The notes: a model not told the origin generated them from the letters alone. DNA of 62,636 bases, filler included, from Rhabdomonas costata (GCA_019059605.1; 20 parts of 20 records of this genome joined end to end with filler, not necessarily neighbours in it); one strand, 5' to 3'; numbered from the whole stretch's first letter, positions 23,526-37,971 are shown. Translations and numbers: made by a program.

Positions 23526-26120
23526 CTGAAGAAAAAATGGAGGAGGGCAACATCTACGTAAAAAATTTCATTGAACTTAATCTGGTCCATGCTCCAAGCC
23601 AGAATGTGCAAATGAATTAGAGGCAAAAGCGAGGAACGGAAATCTATTCAGCGGTAGGTAATTCGAACGGAACCAATTCTCAAACTTTCCCATGTCAAAA
23701 GAGCTGCAAAAACATTGAACAGGCGTTGCGGACTTTCACGTTTGAGCTGTCATCAAGCATGAAAAAAAGGCCAACTTGCAACGTGTAAAAAAACGTGGTG
23801 TTTTAGGACATTTTTTTTGAGGGGTAAAAAAAGAAACAGCAAAAAAGGCAGGGTGCATTTATTCCCAGCCCTGCCACCAGGGTGTTGGATTAAACTAAAT
23901 TTGGACGAAAAAACTTTGAACTTCAACAAAAACGAAAAAGACTGAACTTCAACACCCTTGACCGGACGGCAATGCTGCAGGCGATTGCGGAGCGCTGCCC
24001 TCACTTTCTTCCGTACGCCGCGTTTTGCAACGGTCATTCAACCCCTTTTTTCGGGCCTAGCAGCTGCGTTTATAACCAGAGCAGAACACAGCAGGGCTCT
24101 GTTCTTTGCAGTCACTGCGGTCTCCGCTCTACAGGCATAAATCACTGCGAGCAGGGTTAAAGCACCAACGAGCAAGGGGAACCCGAACGCTCCCTCCCAG
24201 TCGTTGGTCGCCAGAACTACCCCCCCTACGACATCTCCTCGGAAGGCAATGGTCCAATCGGTGTTATCAAGCCACTCTTTCAACCGGTTATCCCCCCTCT
24301 ACTTGGTTGCTTTGTGCTTGATGGTTGCTGTTTGCTGCAACAACGATAATCCCTGTCTGGTTTTCCATCCTGATGTTCATCCTTGCTGCTCGGCGGGCAG
24401 CGCCGGACGGCGGCACTACTAGAGGTGGTCTGCCGATAAGCTTGCTGGCCACTTGGCAGGCAGCGGTGCCGTTAACACACTCTAGGGTTCCTGTCAACCG
24501 AACAGGGAATTGGTGCCCATGGCATGAATGCTCCTGGCGTTGCGACCTCGCAACCTCCGAATATTCCACAAGTCCGGCGTCGATGAGACGGCAAGTCGGG
24601 CAAACGCAGAAGCAGACGTCCTCCCTCATTCATTCACAGGACCCAGGGTGCTATTGTTCAGTGGACCAAGGGTCGGTGTTCGTAGAATTATTTAGTTGGA
24701 GAAGTAGTGTTATTGGTTACGGACAGCCCCAACAGCACCGGGTGAACAGCAAAGAAGGCAAAAGTGTCACAGAAACGGAACCACTAATGGTAAGGATACA
24801 AATTTTTGCTACTAACCAACACTGTATATTTAACCTTTGCCTTCTTTTCTTGCAAGATGGAATCAAGAACAGAGAATTCGTCGGTCATTGGTAGGCTGTT
24901 AAAAAAAACGTGACACGTAATTTTGTTACAACTNNNNNNNNNNNNNNNNNNNNNNNNNNNNNNNNNNNNNNNNNNNNTTAATTAATTAANNNNNNNNNNN
25001 NNNNNNNNNNNNNNNNNNNNNNNNNNNNNNNNNTGTGGTTTTGTAGATTCAGATTTGGTGTCCTGGCAAAGGAAAAGAAACCCCGAAAACCTCGTCCCAC
25101 CTCCTGTCCCTGGAACGCCTGAGAATTTTTCCGAGATATATACGCAAAAAATATTATCGTCGGCAGTCCGGTGGACGTACAACCAAACAGTAATGGGGGT
25201 TATGATGAAGGTGCACGTTTAACGGCGTCAAGGAATTTCATCGAACTCGTCCCTATACTTCCGCGAGCCCTGTACAATTGCTCCAGAAGAATTTTTTTTG
25301 CAACAGGAACACACAGTGAGCCCAGTGATCAGGTGGGAAGGCAAGCAGTCAAGCTGTGTGTGTGTGGTTTTTTGTTTGTGTGTGTGGTTGCCTTGCTGGG
25401 GTTCTGGGTACGGTCTGTGCCCAGGGCTCTCGCCGCGACTTGCCAGGTCACCGCTTTGGCGGTCCACTGCTGCCTCCGGTGCGTCACTGTCTCCAGAATT
25501 GGCACCGCCGCCTTCATCGCCTCCTCACTGCAGCACCGATTTGAGGAGAAACAATGCGGTAATTTACACCAGGCCACTGGCTCACATTCACTTTAAAAGG
25601 TTCACCTTACTGGTCTTCGTCAGTGCAAAGGCAGCCCTGACCTCCAGCCACCCCTCCCCAACCTGAGACTTCGCCCCACTCACGATTATCGCCAATTACC
25701 CGTCCAGGGTGGATCTCCTCCTCCCTGTACCTTCATAAAGCAACCGAAGCATCTCGAGGACTCGGAAAAAGTGATTGATGAAAACGGGTTCGCCATTTTA
25801 TTTTCGCTTTCATTTTTCTTGGATGTGTTCCTGTTCAGGACTTCAGGACTCGCATTTTATGGGCCATATACAGAGTAGGGGGTGGAAAGACGGACGCTCT
25901 GACTTACCCAGCCCCAGCAGACATGAGCCCAGGCCTCTCCGTGCCAGCACCAATAAGCTTCGAAATCGTTTCAGTTTACCATTTTTCATTTGTTGCCCGT
26001 CGGCACATCTCTCATCTTTCATGTCTGCCTCTCTTCAGCCCGAAATCAAAAAGCAGGGGCAAGACAAAGGCGCACACCTCTCGAAATAGATGAAGAGGGT
26101 AGATTTCGCCGGGTTCTTGC

Positions 26121-26232
26121 CCATCTTCCGCAACCCCGGCAGGGCCCCAAGGGCGAGGGTTCCCCCGGTGGCCGTGGGGAGGGTGCGCTTGCGCAGCTGG
26201 CTGGAGGTGGAGTTGTAGTCATTGGTCTCGAC
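26121..26232 (-). CDS. Exon of an unidentified gene (a further probable exon lies at about 25410-25528)
   Basis: Pyrimidine tract plus CAG acceptor, GC3-rich codons (VETNDYNSTSSQLRKRTLP...), and a putative G|GCAAG donor. No family recognised. Confidence 0.4.
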
Positions 26233-28841
26233 CTGAACCCAGAGAGAAAACACCAATTTCGAAGTACCTGCAAAAACATGCATCCTTCAAGCCATGAGAA
26301 CTCCAGGGCTCAGCATGCAGCCCCAAAGTGCCAAAAAGGCCCATGGAAATGTGACCATGTCAAAAAAAAAGGCAACAAAAAAGCTCACAATACTACATTC
26401 AAGATGTTCTGACTAGACGCAGAGATGCAGTCAGAGGCTGAGAAGCTTCGAATAAACTCAACTCAGGTATATTGCCATCCCACCATGAACGGTCCCCAAG
26501 CTAATCCAGCTCGAGTTGTAATGAAACACGTTCCAGGTCCTCCGGTCCTGGTCCGGTCCGGTCCCGGTTCCGGTTCCAGACACTAGTGGAAAGTCATACA
26601 GGGAACAAGATGAGACCTTGAGCCGTAGAAAGCGGGTCAAAGTCAAGGCGGCTCTTTTAGTCCCCCTTCAACTCTCCATTTCCAGGGTTATCCTTACAAG
26701 GATGCGGCTTCAGTTCTGTGCGGTGCTCCAGTGCAAGGTCCTCCCGCACAAAATTTAGCCGAATAAGGCACCACCCCGCCCCGAAATTTCGCAATTCAGG
26801 TCAGGCACCCGCCCGGCAAAAAATCCAGGACTTCCGAATAACAGAAAGAAAATGTTCACCACTGAACAGCACAGAAATGAAATGCAGGCCATACCTTAAG
26901 CACGTACGGCGACTGGTTGAACGGCAACGGCTGGGAAGCTGAAAGACGGTGGGGGAACAATCATAGCAAAAAAAAAAGGCAAGACCAAACGAGGTGTTCA
27001 GAACGTTAACATCGTGACCTCGTCTTTTTCGGATTTGGGGGACAGTCGCCCCATCAATTCAATCAATTGAAAGGCACACCTGGAGAATCCCACACAGAAC
27101 CGATGTTGTCTCTTTTTGCAGGTCTCTCCATATACAAGTCGCTCCATATGTTTCGCATGGCCCGAGTCGGTCGTCACTCCGCTCTTCGCAGGGTACCCCA
27201 CCCAAACCCTTCACATACCCTTTGCCGGGATTCTCCACGACGCCATTTGAATTAATTCCACGTGAAAGCAGAATCAGCAAACAGCCTTAGCCCGATTCGC
27301 CTCCCGATGACTACTTCGCGCCCACCCCTTCTGATCGCTCGTGGGTTCACGACCCACCCCTTCCCAATTCCAACACTGACGGATCAACAACCTTTACAAA
27401 AAAGAAAGCAAGCGGGCGTCGTGAACAGACACGACGGGAGAACACTTGCACACACAGGAAGTGAAATGAAGAGGAATCATACCACGCGCAAGGATGTTGG
27501 GGGCGGAAAAAGACCGAGGGAGGCGGCAAAGGACAGAGCGTTTGGAAACAGGGGCCAAGCAAAGCAAAACAGAAGACCGCTGTGCAGGCACAACCCCTCG
27601 ACTTCACACTACTCCACACGTGCGTGCAATGTGATCAAGGAAATCGGTGCGCATGGCATGAGCAGCCCTTGCTTCGAGTGCACTAAACCACAAGCCACCA
27701 TTTGGAGGTTCATGAGGACGCAACCCCATTACGGTCGGACTATCAATCGCCATCAATGCACTGTTGAAATCTGGTCAGCCGAAAACGGAACACTCTTTTG
27801 AGATTCCCTGCCCACCCATTTCCGCTTCCCCACCTTCGGGCCGAAAACGGAGAAGAGCATTTTGCACACCAGGGGAGAGGTTGTGCCTACACAGCGTTCA
27901 AGTTCCAGCCACGAAGCAGCTCGCCCCCCAAACGCTCTCCAAAGCACCCTCGGAATGAATTTTGGGAAAGTGAAATCCCAATAGAGGGGGAGAGATGCCA
28001 GAACATCACGCCCCACAGAATTCTTATTCTCGCAAGCCGAGTATCAAAAACCACACANNNNNNNNNNNNNNNNNNNNNNNNNNNNNNNNNNNNNNNNNNN
28101 NTTAATTAATTAANNNNNNNNNNNNNNNNNNNNNNNNNNNNNNNNNNNNNNNNNNNNTTGAAGCACAGCGAAATCGCCTTATCACCAGTGCATAGCAAAT
28201 CTTCTTTCTATATTCCGTGGAATCCATGGGACCCCTGCCCCTACCCCACACCTCAAAGTGTTTTTTTTTGGGGGGGCAATTGAACAGAAGTGTGAGTGTG
28301 TATGTGGGCAAGAATCAATATAAAGGTACGTTAGAATGCAAAACCGTACAACGTTTAAAGCCCCCCTCCCCCCATGAAAAGTGTTCCAGACCGCAGCCTT
28401 TCTTATGATTCTTTAGATCGGATCGGAATTGACTCAGATCCTCAACGTTTGACTCTAAACACCGAACAAAAAACGAAGAGAGCAGAGCCTCCTGTATGCT
28501 GCCAGAGAGCAAGGGTTAGCCTAAAATCCCACCGCAAGGGGAGAGGGGAACAAAAAAGATCGACAGGTTCCGGCTGGAAGACTTGATGGGAAGATCTGAT
28601 GGGATTATCTTCCACCAGTACTACACCATGCCGACATTACCTTTATCACCTCAACAGAGGATTTCCTTATTTTTTCTTCGCCACACAACAACCGAAAATT
28701 ACCTCAACAGCAACCAGAAAAAAAGTCACCTGCGCAACCCCTCAGGGGCGAGGTTGTGTTGGATTCCTCACGGAGAGAAAAGGAGTCATTCCCCTGGTCG
28801 TCTGTGTGGATCTGGACTCCAGGGATGCGAGTGAGATGTAC

Positions 28842-29456
28842 CCTCCACCACTGCGGGTGGCCCCGGTAGTGGCTGGTCTCTTCCAGAAACTTGGAGTTCC
28901 CCAGGCCTGCAATGAGGTGAAGCACGACCAGGCCAGCAGGGAGACCCAAGAGCCTGTCTTTCAGTAAAGAAAGGACGAGCCCTCTGGCCTCGGAGGACGG
29001 GGCCACCTCAAGTAAAGCTGTTCCCAAAGGGGCCGCGGAAGCGGCTTTCGAAACCTCCTCCCTTGAATTGGGTCCAGCCTCAGCCTCCGGGGCCATCGAC
29101 CCAGAAGCATCTGTCGGCTCCGAAGGGGGTCTTGGAATGTCGCCAGCACCCTCCTCATGAGCGGGAACAAGGCTGGAGCACAGGCCCGGCCAGCCTTTCG
29201 GCAGCTCCAGCGAATCATCGTCCAGGAAGTCCACAGCCTGCCCTACATCCGAAGAACCAAAGGCATCCTCAGGGAGCGACCCCTGCCCAAGGCACGGCTG
29301 AGGAAGCAGGTCCAGCTGAAACTCTAGGGCTTCCACCCGGGAGGCAATATCGGTGAGCTGGTCCCGCACTTCCGCGACCAGCTGAAAGTGCTTCTCCATC
29401 CGTTTTAGCTGGCGGAACACCTTGCGGAGTTGCAGCTCACTACCCCGTGCGGCCAT
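28842..29456 (-). CDS. First exon of a hypothetical protein with an N-terminal coiled coil
   Basis: ATG 29456 to AGG|gtacat, 205 codons, with heptad-like LRKVFRQLKRMEKHFQLVAEVRDQLTDIASRVEALEFQL. Confidence 0.55.
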
Positions 29457-29920
29457 TTCTGCTGGTACTAATTGTTCTCAACGCGGAGAAGAAAACTCGC
29501 TCTCACTTGTCACTCGTGCCTTCCGCAGCTACGGGACTGCGCACAACTACAGAGGAAAAATTGTTTCAGATGAGAAGCAGAGACAAAAAAACAGCTTCAA
29601 ACCAACAGGAATCGCATACAGATGAAAAATTGTAAGCAGCCGACGAGTTGCTCGGTGCCACACTTCGCATGAAAGGCAGGGTTGGCTGCTCCAAGAATCG
29701 CAAGGGAACTGAGCAGCGGATAATTCATTAACGGGCGAGTGATTTGGTCATTAAAAGGTTAGTGTTGCTTCTGGTGTTAAGAGAATCGACTGTTGGTTTC
29801 CTCGTGCATTTGTCATTTGCATTTCATTTCGCTCATAAGTCTCACAAGACACCTAGGGATGGGACTACGCTGAGGAGTCGTTAAATCCAACACTTTGGGC
29901 ATTGTCGGAGCATAAATCGA

Positions 29921-29966
29921 ACTGCACTGCACTGCACTGCACTGCACTGGAGCTGAGCTGAGCTGA
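29921..29966. repeat. (ACTGC)5 followed by (GAGCT)3 pentanucleotide repeats
   Basis: Seen directly. Confidence 0.9.
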
Positions 29967-30262
29967 ACCGAATTAAACATTGAAAGCCCCCCCCCCAATC
30001 ATCGTCCCAGATGGTCTGGTTCACGAAGACCTCAATTGTGACCATGACACCAGTCTGTCAGTGCATGTGCATATACACCCCATGCATCCCGCAGCACACA
30101 GATCCTTCGAAAATCCTAAATCCGGCTTTACCGTGAAAGGTGACGGGGACAACCAAATCGAATCATCACCGGAACCCATGTGTAAGTCGCTCAGAAAAGA
30201 GAAGAATCGCATCTTCGTGCACTTCGTACTCGAGAATGGAAAGGCGAGGTTTCCCAAAAGAC

Positions 30263-30720
30263 TCAATGCAGGGGAGCCGTGGCAAAGTGCGACGAGAGCT
30301 CGCCATGCAGCCGGACTTGTAGCTGTACAAATGCCCGCAAGACCTGCCCCAGGTCTTCCTGAGAATGCCACACGGAAAGATGGTGCACGCAACACGCTGG
30401 GATGAGAGCTTTGTGGTGTCTTTTCCCGCATTTCATAATCGGTGTGGATTTAAGGTGGCCCGATACTTGGAACGAATGTGAGCTTGGATGGAGTGCAGTG
30501 CCAAATGTTTGGCTGTGGGTGGGTCGGAGTGGGCTAGCATTTGTTTGTCCCCCTCCCCCTCCCCACATTGTCCCCGTCAGTGTCCGCCACAAGATCCTGT
30601 CCCCATGCATGTCCCCGTGCAAAACACCTGCTGCTCCCTGCGAAGCCTCCGCAGCTCTGCTCGAAGGGCGGCATCCGCCTCGGAGATCTCACCGCTCAGC
30701 GCGTGAAGCTCCCCAGATAT
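30263..30720 (-). CDS. C-terminal exons of a BAR-like coiled-coil protein, sorting-nexin-like (30720-30628, 30358-30263)
   Basis: Spliced ISEADAALRAELRRLRREQQ|EDLGQVLRAFVQLQVRLHGELSSHF* resembles the 'EL.RF..E...D....L..F...Q' end of SNX-BAR proteins. Confidence 0.55.
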
Positions 30721-31422
30721 CTACAAATATCAGCATAGACCCAATGCTGAGTTATAATGGTCATGTGAGAGACAATAATAAAAGACAGCTTTGTTTAAAA
30801 CTTTGGCAACAGAAGACAGTTGGACGAGCACAAGTGTGGCAACCGAGCTGTTTACTGCCCAGTGAGCGAAAATGCGGTAGAGACGTGTTGTAGAGACCTG
30901 TTGTAGAGAGCGGCAGAGACCTGTAGAGACCCTGCCGCCTTGCTCGCAAACTATTCACTTCTATTCACTGCTCTCCCGTGTACAGCCACACCACGGATTT
31001 ATGCCCAGAAAAGGGATCCTCCACAACAAAGTGATTTCGGCACCACTAACACGCTCCGTCACTGCACTGTGCTTCCCTTCCACTTCTGTACTGAATTTTT
31101 CCGGTCACAGCAGTACCTTTTGCCATTCACTCGCACTCTCCTCCCGACCTCACCAGATGGCCCTATCAGCTGCGGCAACAAANNNNNNNNNNNNNNNNNN
31201 NNNNNNNNNNNNNNNNNNNNNNNNNNTTAATTAATTAANNNNNNNNNNNNNNNNNNNNNNNNNNNNNNNNNNNNNNNNNNNNGTTGTGTTTTTTTGGTTG
31301 GTTTATTCCCGTCTTTCAGAAAGCTGCTTGCGCCTCAAGGACCTTTATTGTTATACTGTCTGCTTGTGTGAGGTTCGCACATGTTCGTAGTGTAGGCACG
31401 CCCCCCTTTTTTGCGGCGCACA

Positions 31423-34297
31423 ATGGCTGAAACACTGGAGGCCGAGTCGGGCAGTGCTTCTAGTGTGGTGGGGCATGCTCAGACAACAGCTTCTCATGCG
31501 GTCTTTACCACGCTGTGCGCCGACTCGCACGTGCATGTGGAGTGGGCTCACCTGGACCTGCCAAAGTTCGTGTGCGCCAGCGTGGCGGTGTACCTCGTGG
31601 ACAACTGGCTTGCTTTTCCGCTGTGGGTGGTGAAGGTCCGGCAGCAGGTTCTTGCTTTGAGAGGGCCATTGTTTCCAGTTGTTTTTTTATAGCAGGCGCC
31701 ATCCTACCTTGCTCTCTGTCTTGGTATCGCTGGGGTGGCCACTTTTTAAGTGCTGATTTTTTACTGATTTTTTTGCTCTCCTTTTCTCACGCATTGTCAC
31801 TCCATCCTCCATATCTCTCCTATCCCTCTACCCCCTGTTCACCAGTCATCCCGTCACCCCACACCTCGCACATCCCATCTCAGAACTCATAAAACCCGAT
31901 CCATTCTCCAATTCCAGATGCGAAGGATCCCACGTAAAGTCGAACTCAACTCGGCATTGAACTGGACTTTCACTTTCCTTCCCTTCACTCGTGAAGAAGA
32001 GCAATGAACTCCACGAAGAGCGTCCAAGGCAGAGGCGGAGATCGTGCCTTGATGATGATGACCCAAGCACTCAGCCGGGGGTCGAATCGCCAGTCTTTCC
32101 AGTACGGCATGAGATCATTTAGCTGCTCAGCTCCGAGTCACTTTATAGCTGTCCACTTATTTGGGGGGTGGGCTGGCGCTGCACCCCTTTTGGACGTTCT
32201 TTTTTCTGTCGCCTGGACAGTGCTACCGCGGGGAGTTCCCGTCCGCTCGAACAGTGGTGCAGCGGCTCTACCGTGAGCTTGGGCTGCGCGGCTTCTACCG
32301 GGGCTACTTCGTGGCGTGCGGTGGGGCTGTCCCAGGGGTAATGATTTACGGGGTACACTCTGGAACCCTCCTGCTCACATCCTTGTGCACCCTCTATGAC
32401 TTATAATGCTGACGACATCTGATAGCTGTAGAAATGCTATGCTCCGTCGTAGAATGACGCCAAAACCAGTACGAAAATCGAAAATCCCGAAGCGATGCCG
32501 GAAATACGAGAAGATACGAAAAATAGGAAGGAAAGCAGATGCAAATGAAACATTTGAAACAAACACCTGGCAGCCTGCAGCCTGGGAACCTGCGAAAACC
32601 TGGAACCTGATGTTCTATGACAGGGGACTTGGGCTGGATTGGAGGTTGGGTGTGGAGCACATCTCTCACCCGCGCTATCCACAAGCGTATGTCGCACACC
32701 AGGCAGCAGGCTACCAGCAGATTCACAGGGCACACCACAAGGCAAAGCATCAGAGGACCGAGAGGTCTGCCCACAGTCGACGGTTTGCGAAAGGAATTCT
32801 AGAGAGTTAGCGACTGTATTACTACTCTCACGCTTTGCACGCACGCCCTACCAACACACGAGCTCGCGTGCGCAAATTGAGAGCTCGATTTCTTCGTGCT
32901 TGTGCAGTTTGGTGCACTTCTCTGACGGCCTAACCTTCGTCAATGAGCCTATGCCACGAGCAAGCACGGCTGTCACACTGGGACGTCATCCACAGAAACC
33001 AGCAACCAGCCCATGTCGCGGTCATTTTGGATACGTTGGGAGTACGTCCCCCCCTCAGGAGGTCCCACTTTCATTCCGCGACGGGTTGTTCGGGTGGAGG
33101 GGTTCCTCTTAGATGACCTACCAGTCAACGAAGCACGCGATCTCTGGGAACCCCGACCTCCCGTATATTATTCAGTATATTGGTGTGCACCTGCCGCGTG
33201 TGTGTGGCTCAAGCATGTCCTGGGTCATCATGTCCCTTTTAAAAAAGGTTTGACTCCGTGAAGGTTGACTGAAGTTTGACTCCCTGGAAACTTAGCTTCC
33301 AGTTCTGAAGACATTCCCTTTTGACCTTTATAGGATGCACTGATGAAACTCACTGTCACGCAGCAGATATTGGAGGCCCTTGATAAGACCGAAGTCCCTG
33401 TCGCCGTGTAGCTCCTTACACATTAGGAAGCGGTGGCGTATCGCGGCCCGCTCATGTCGCTTCCGATCACGAGTTCGCATCTTCTTCAGGTCCCTTGGTC
33501 GCCAGCTCCGTGGCAGATCTCTTATACTTGGGTCTTGGAGTTGTCCCCGATGTGGTCTCTCAGAAGATGCAGGATCCCCATCGCCCGCCTCAGGACTGCA
33601 CCTTCCGGGCCGTTGTGCGGGAGATCTGGCGCACCGATGGCCCGCGTGGGTTCTTCAAGGTGCGCTGGAATGACTCCACCTAGGATGAAAACAGGTGAAA
33701 GGAAGCTGCACAACGAACGACTTATCTATCAAAGTGTTGACATCCACGTGGCGTGCCAGTTCACTCCAGTGGAACAGAAGCTTCGATGTTAATATCATGC
33801 CACAAAACTCTCGGGATGGTGAAGCAGCAAATTATGGGTGTGGCTAGAAAGAAAAAAAATGGGTTTGATAGCTGCATCTGGAAGGACAGGAGCTGCCTTT
33901 TCGGAGGTTCAGTGAGGTTCAAAAGACGCGGCATGTACAATTCCATCGCCACAACCAAATGTTGCCCACGATCGATATGTTGCATGGAAATACCATTGCC
34001 TCTGCGTACTCAAAGCGAAGTGGGACTGCTTTTGGAACTTTATTTCGCCTCCCGTATTGCGCACCTCAGACATCTGCATGTTGTTTCCAGATCACAACAA
34101 TACATACATTGCAATGCATGCATACCATAATTGCAATGACATCGAATTCGTCAGCTTTTTCTTGGGAATCGCCCTTAAATATCTCGCGAGATTGGTGGAA
34201 GCTGCTTCGGTGCTCTCAGGGTGTGACTGTGACTGCGCTGATGAACGCGATATACTCTGGAGTGGGGTGGTTGTGCTACGAGCACTTCAAGACGGCC
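31423..34297 (+). CDS. Mitochondrial carrier, SLC25A44-like (exons 31423-31647, 32221-~32352, one uncertain exon near 33176-33222, 33427-33659, 34220-~34297; 3' partial)
   Basis: VEWAHLDLPKF N-terminal motif, PLWVVKVRQQ, LYRELGLRGFYRGY, PDVVSQKMQ, IWRTDGPRGFFKG and W..YEHFK. Confidence 0.85.
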
Positions 34298-34404
34298 CCC
34301 CCCCNNNNNNNNNNNNNNNNNNNNNNNNNNNNNNNNNNNNNNNNNNNNTTAATTAATTAANNNNNNNNNNNNNNNNNNNNNNNNNNNNNNNNNNNNNNNN
34401 NNNN

Positions 34405-37251
34405 GTGTTGGGGGAGGCCCCCGGCAGGGACCACGGCCAGGACCTCAGCGAGTGGGCATGTGTGCTGCAGGAGCTGGCATCCTTCCTCAGGGTAAAGCCA
34501 TTCCCCCCTCCTTCCACATGCACCACACATTGACTCAACTGTTGAGGTTTGCGTCTGTCCAGCTCATTGACGTCATCTGAAAATTTCAGGGCTTCCAATC
34601 CTCGACGTTTTTTTTGCGTTCAACAGTAGAACCGGCACAGTCATAAATTCACAAAGCGGTTTTGTTACTTCCTTCGCCAGGAGGACTTCTGAAGTGGAAT
34701 AGCGATACTGGGTCCAATGCTCTGTTGTAGTCTTTGTCTTCGTTCGAGTCGGAATAGCAACGGAAAAGTGGGCTGGGGTGCAAGCGATAGAGAAAGCTCT
34801 TTCCAATGGAAACCGGTTCACCCTCACCCCACCCGCCACCTCAACGGCAAGAGCATTGTTGAAGTGGCTCACCAACCACAACTCTAAAAATGGCTAGGCT
34901 GACCGGTTGGCGTGCCTGGACGGGTACACCTCCCCAACGCTCAGCTCGAGGGGGGCTCGGGGGCACCCCCCGGGCTCTGCTGGCCCATCGTCCCCAGACT
35001 CCTCCGAGGCCGCCCAAGGGCTGCACGCAGCGGGATGCTCCTACCGGTGCAGCTGTGTCCGTGTGTTTGTATCAGTGACTGTGCGAGAGAAGGCCATTAA
35101 TTCTGATTTCGTCTCAGAACGAGGCTTCGACAATGGTCCGACAATGATGGTGATGAGGTAACCCGGGGCACCAGCAGCCCCCCACCCCCCAAGTGAGAAA
35201 GGGAAAGCTCCTCGTTTGCGTGGGACATAGAGTTGCCTTCACTATCATCCGTTTTTACTGAGCGAGGGAAGCGTGGAAGACCGCAACAAGCCAATTTCGG
35301 TGGCTTAAAATATCCGCAACAGTGTCTACCCTTCCTAGTGTGTAACTGCGTGAGTGCTGTTGTGCGAGAGACTGAGGACACCCCCCTGCCTTCTCCCAGC
35401 CAAGCACACGAGATGTGCCCGAGTCTGTCTGCTCATGTCACTTTCTCGGGTCCCAGAGGTTGGGCTGCGTAAAGATGTGGTTTGAATTTCGGGTGTTGTC
35501 TTTTATCATTTGTTCGGTTCATCTTTTGGCCGTTTTTCTTCTGTCTCCCTGTGCAGCTTGCACCCCGGGCGGTGCTATTCGGAGGCGTACTCCCGCTACT
35601 GCTGCCTGCCCTGCAGAAACAGCTGCCCACAGATTCGGCTCTCGGACGCCATCATCATCGCCAGCAAGCGGCTGCAGGTGTGATAGAGCGGTCCGATACT
35701 TTTGGGAGGGGCTGTTGAACAGTTTAACAACGTAAAACCTTAAATGTCGTTAAACCGCATAGGGGGTCACATTATTTCGGGTTTCCTCCTCTCAGTCAGT
35801 TAGTCAGGACTCTCAAGGTGTGCCTTGTGTTCGCAACTTTTGCTCGCCCTAGTGGTGTTGGTGGAAGTTCCTCCGGTATGGTTCCCATGGGAGAAGCCAA
35901 TAATGTAATAAGATCTACCGCCAGAGATTACACTGTAGCACTTTGGTCTCCGAAAATTTCTACCGAATACGATATGTATGCCTCTGATCTCGCATGTTGT
36001 CTTTGAGTTGAGATGCATTATCGCTAGTTTCCAGCTTTGCTTGCGCCAAATGCGTGGGGATTTTTTCGAGATATAATCTATTTGCCGGAAGTCATATCCT
36101 GTGTTATTGCAAGTCTTGTCCAAGTCCAAAACTGAATCCCCATCAACAAGCCTTGAAGGTTCTGAGACCATTCTACCTAACAAAAAAACTGCAGTTTGCT
36201 CCCCTCCCATTGCACACACCAGATTTTTGCGTTTGCCACGGACTTTTGTTTGCATTGGAGCCTGGTAGAAGTAATTTCCCACTGTTGTAAATATTCTGAG
36301 CCTGGCTCACTCCCTTCTCAGGTGAAGTTCAGCGAGGTTTCCTTGGACATGCTGCGGATCATGCAGAGCCTGGAGTGGGAGCCCGGCAGTCATTCCAAGA
36401 GTGTGTCACCCCCCTTCCCTTTCTTCCTCTTTTGGGTTCCGGGGAAGTGAACGACTTTCTTTCTGTAAAACTCACCTCGTCAGCTTCATAGTTTTTTGTG
36501 CAATTCGCAATCTGCAAGCTCTTAAATTCAGACTACACTTGTTCTACTTTACTTTTTCTGGGATATTGCAGATGTCTTCATGATTTTTCTTGTGACCTAG
36601 TTTTTCGCTTCTCATTCTGCCATCGCGGGCATTGATATCGCTGATGAGCTCCTTCCTCTTTGTCAGTTGTCTCGCTTATCGAGTGTTGCTGTGGTACCTC
36701 GATAGGTCAGCGCGGGCAAAGCTCCGCCTCGTCTACTCCCTCCTGGGCTGCTGCAGAGGTATCTCCCGCTAATGGTGATAATGGTGTTGGTGGCGGGGTG
36801 GGGGAAGGGGGACGATTTTGCAGATCAGCAACCTATGGGTTTTTGTTCAGAACCTCGTGGAAGTGACAGGATGTCCCTCTCGGTGTGGTATGTCCCCTCC
36901 TGACGATCTGGCCCATGGCAAAAGACCCATTGTAGTTCAGTGTCGAGGGCCAGTGTTGGGGTAGGCCCAGTTTCCCATTATCGTCTTTTCTTGGGCCACC
37001 TTCGGCCAATACGAAACAACTCAGCCGAGAAGCGGTCCAACTCCGGAAGTTTCGGAGATCGACGCCAAAAATGCGCGATCGAAAAATTTAGCCATAACCA
37101 AGGGAGCGTGGGCGCTCGCTTTGCGTTGCAGCTAATCCCTTTTTTGGCATTTCCTTTTCTCGAACTTTTTCTCTTGGCGTGTTTCAACTTTGCAGGTAAA
37201 GGCCTCCGGGGAAGGCACGAGCGGAACGTCCTCCTCCTCATCCTCCTTCAG
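34405..37251 (+). CDS. SCAI: Protein SCAI homologue (exons <34405-34491, 34898-35046, 35557-35677, 36322-36400, ~36707-36759, 37196-37251; partial)
   Basis: EWACVLQELASFLRAD...LSDAIIIASKRLQVKFSEVSLDMLRIMQSLEWEP matches the conserved SCAI motifs; exon phases fit. Confidence 0.85.
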
Positions 37252-37971
37252 GTAATCACCCCAATGCCCACTGCCCCTTCGAGCTGCGTCAGTCCCACTC
37301 TTGAGCCCTTAATGGAGCTCTGAACACATTTGTTCCTTGAACTCGAAGATGTGTGACTGTGTTACCTTTCATAAAAAAAAAAGTGCTGCGATCTACGGTA
37401 GTTCCCACCTTGCAAAAAAAAAAANNNNNNNNNNNNNNNNNNNNNNNNNNNNNNNNNNNNNNNNNNNNTTAATTAATTAANNNNNNNNNNNNNNNNNNNN
37501 NNNNNNNNNNNNNNNNNNNNNNNNGGGGTGGTGTTAAAGCGCGTGGTGAAAAAACTGGGCGGTCGCGCTTCTTTTCAAGCTGATTTTCACCCGCCTACTG
37601 TCACCTCTTACTATTGAGGTGACGCGGACCATATCTCTGCTCAAGACAATCGTTATTACAGACATCCTATGACACATCACGCATAGAAGCAAGGCTCTTC
37701 AATGTCAACGGTTGTAGAAGGAATCCCAGCTTAAAATCGAGATCAGCCATTTCTTTCCGGACCCCTTCCCCCATAGAATTGGTGCGAGTGCAGTCCCCTT
37801 TCTGGTACAGCTCACGTGAATGCACTGTGTGATGTGAACCTCACCCCAACAACAGCAACAGGGAAGCTTATAGCCCTCCTTCTTACACCGAATGCAGGGA
37901 CAACCCCCCCCCCAAAAAAAAACTACGCAGTTGGTACTCACTCCTCGAAGAACTCTGGTAAATAACATCGT

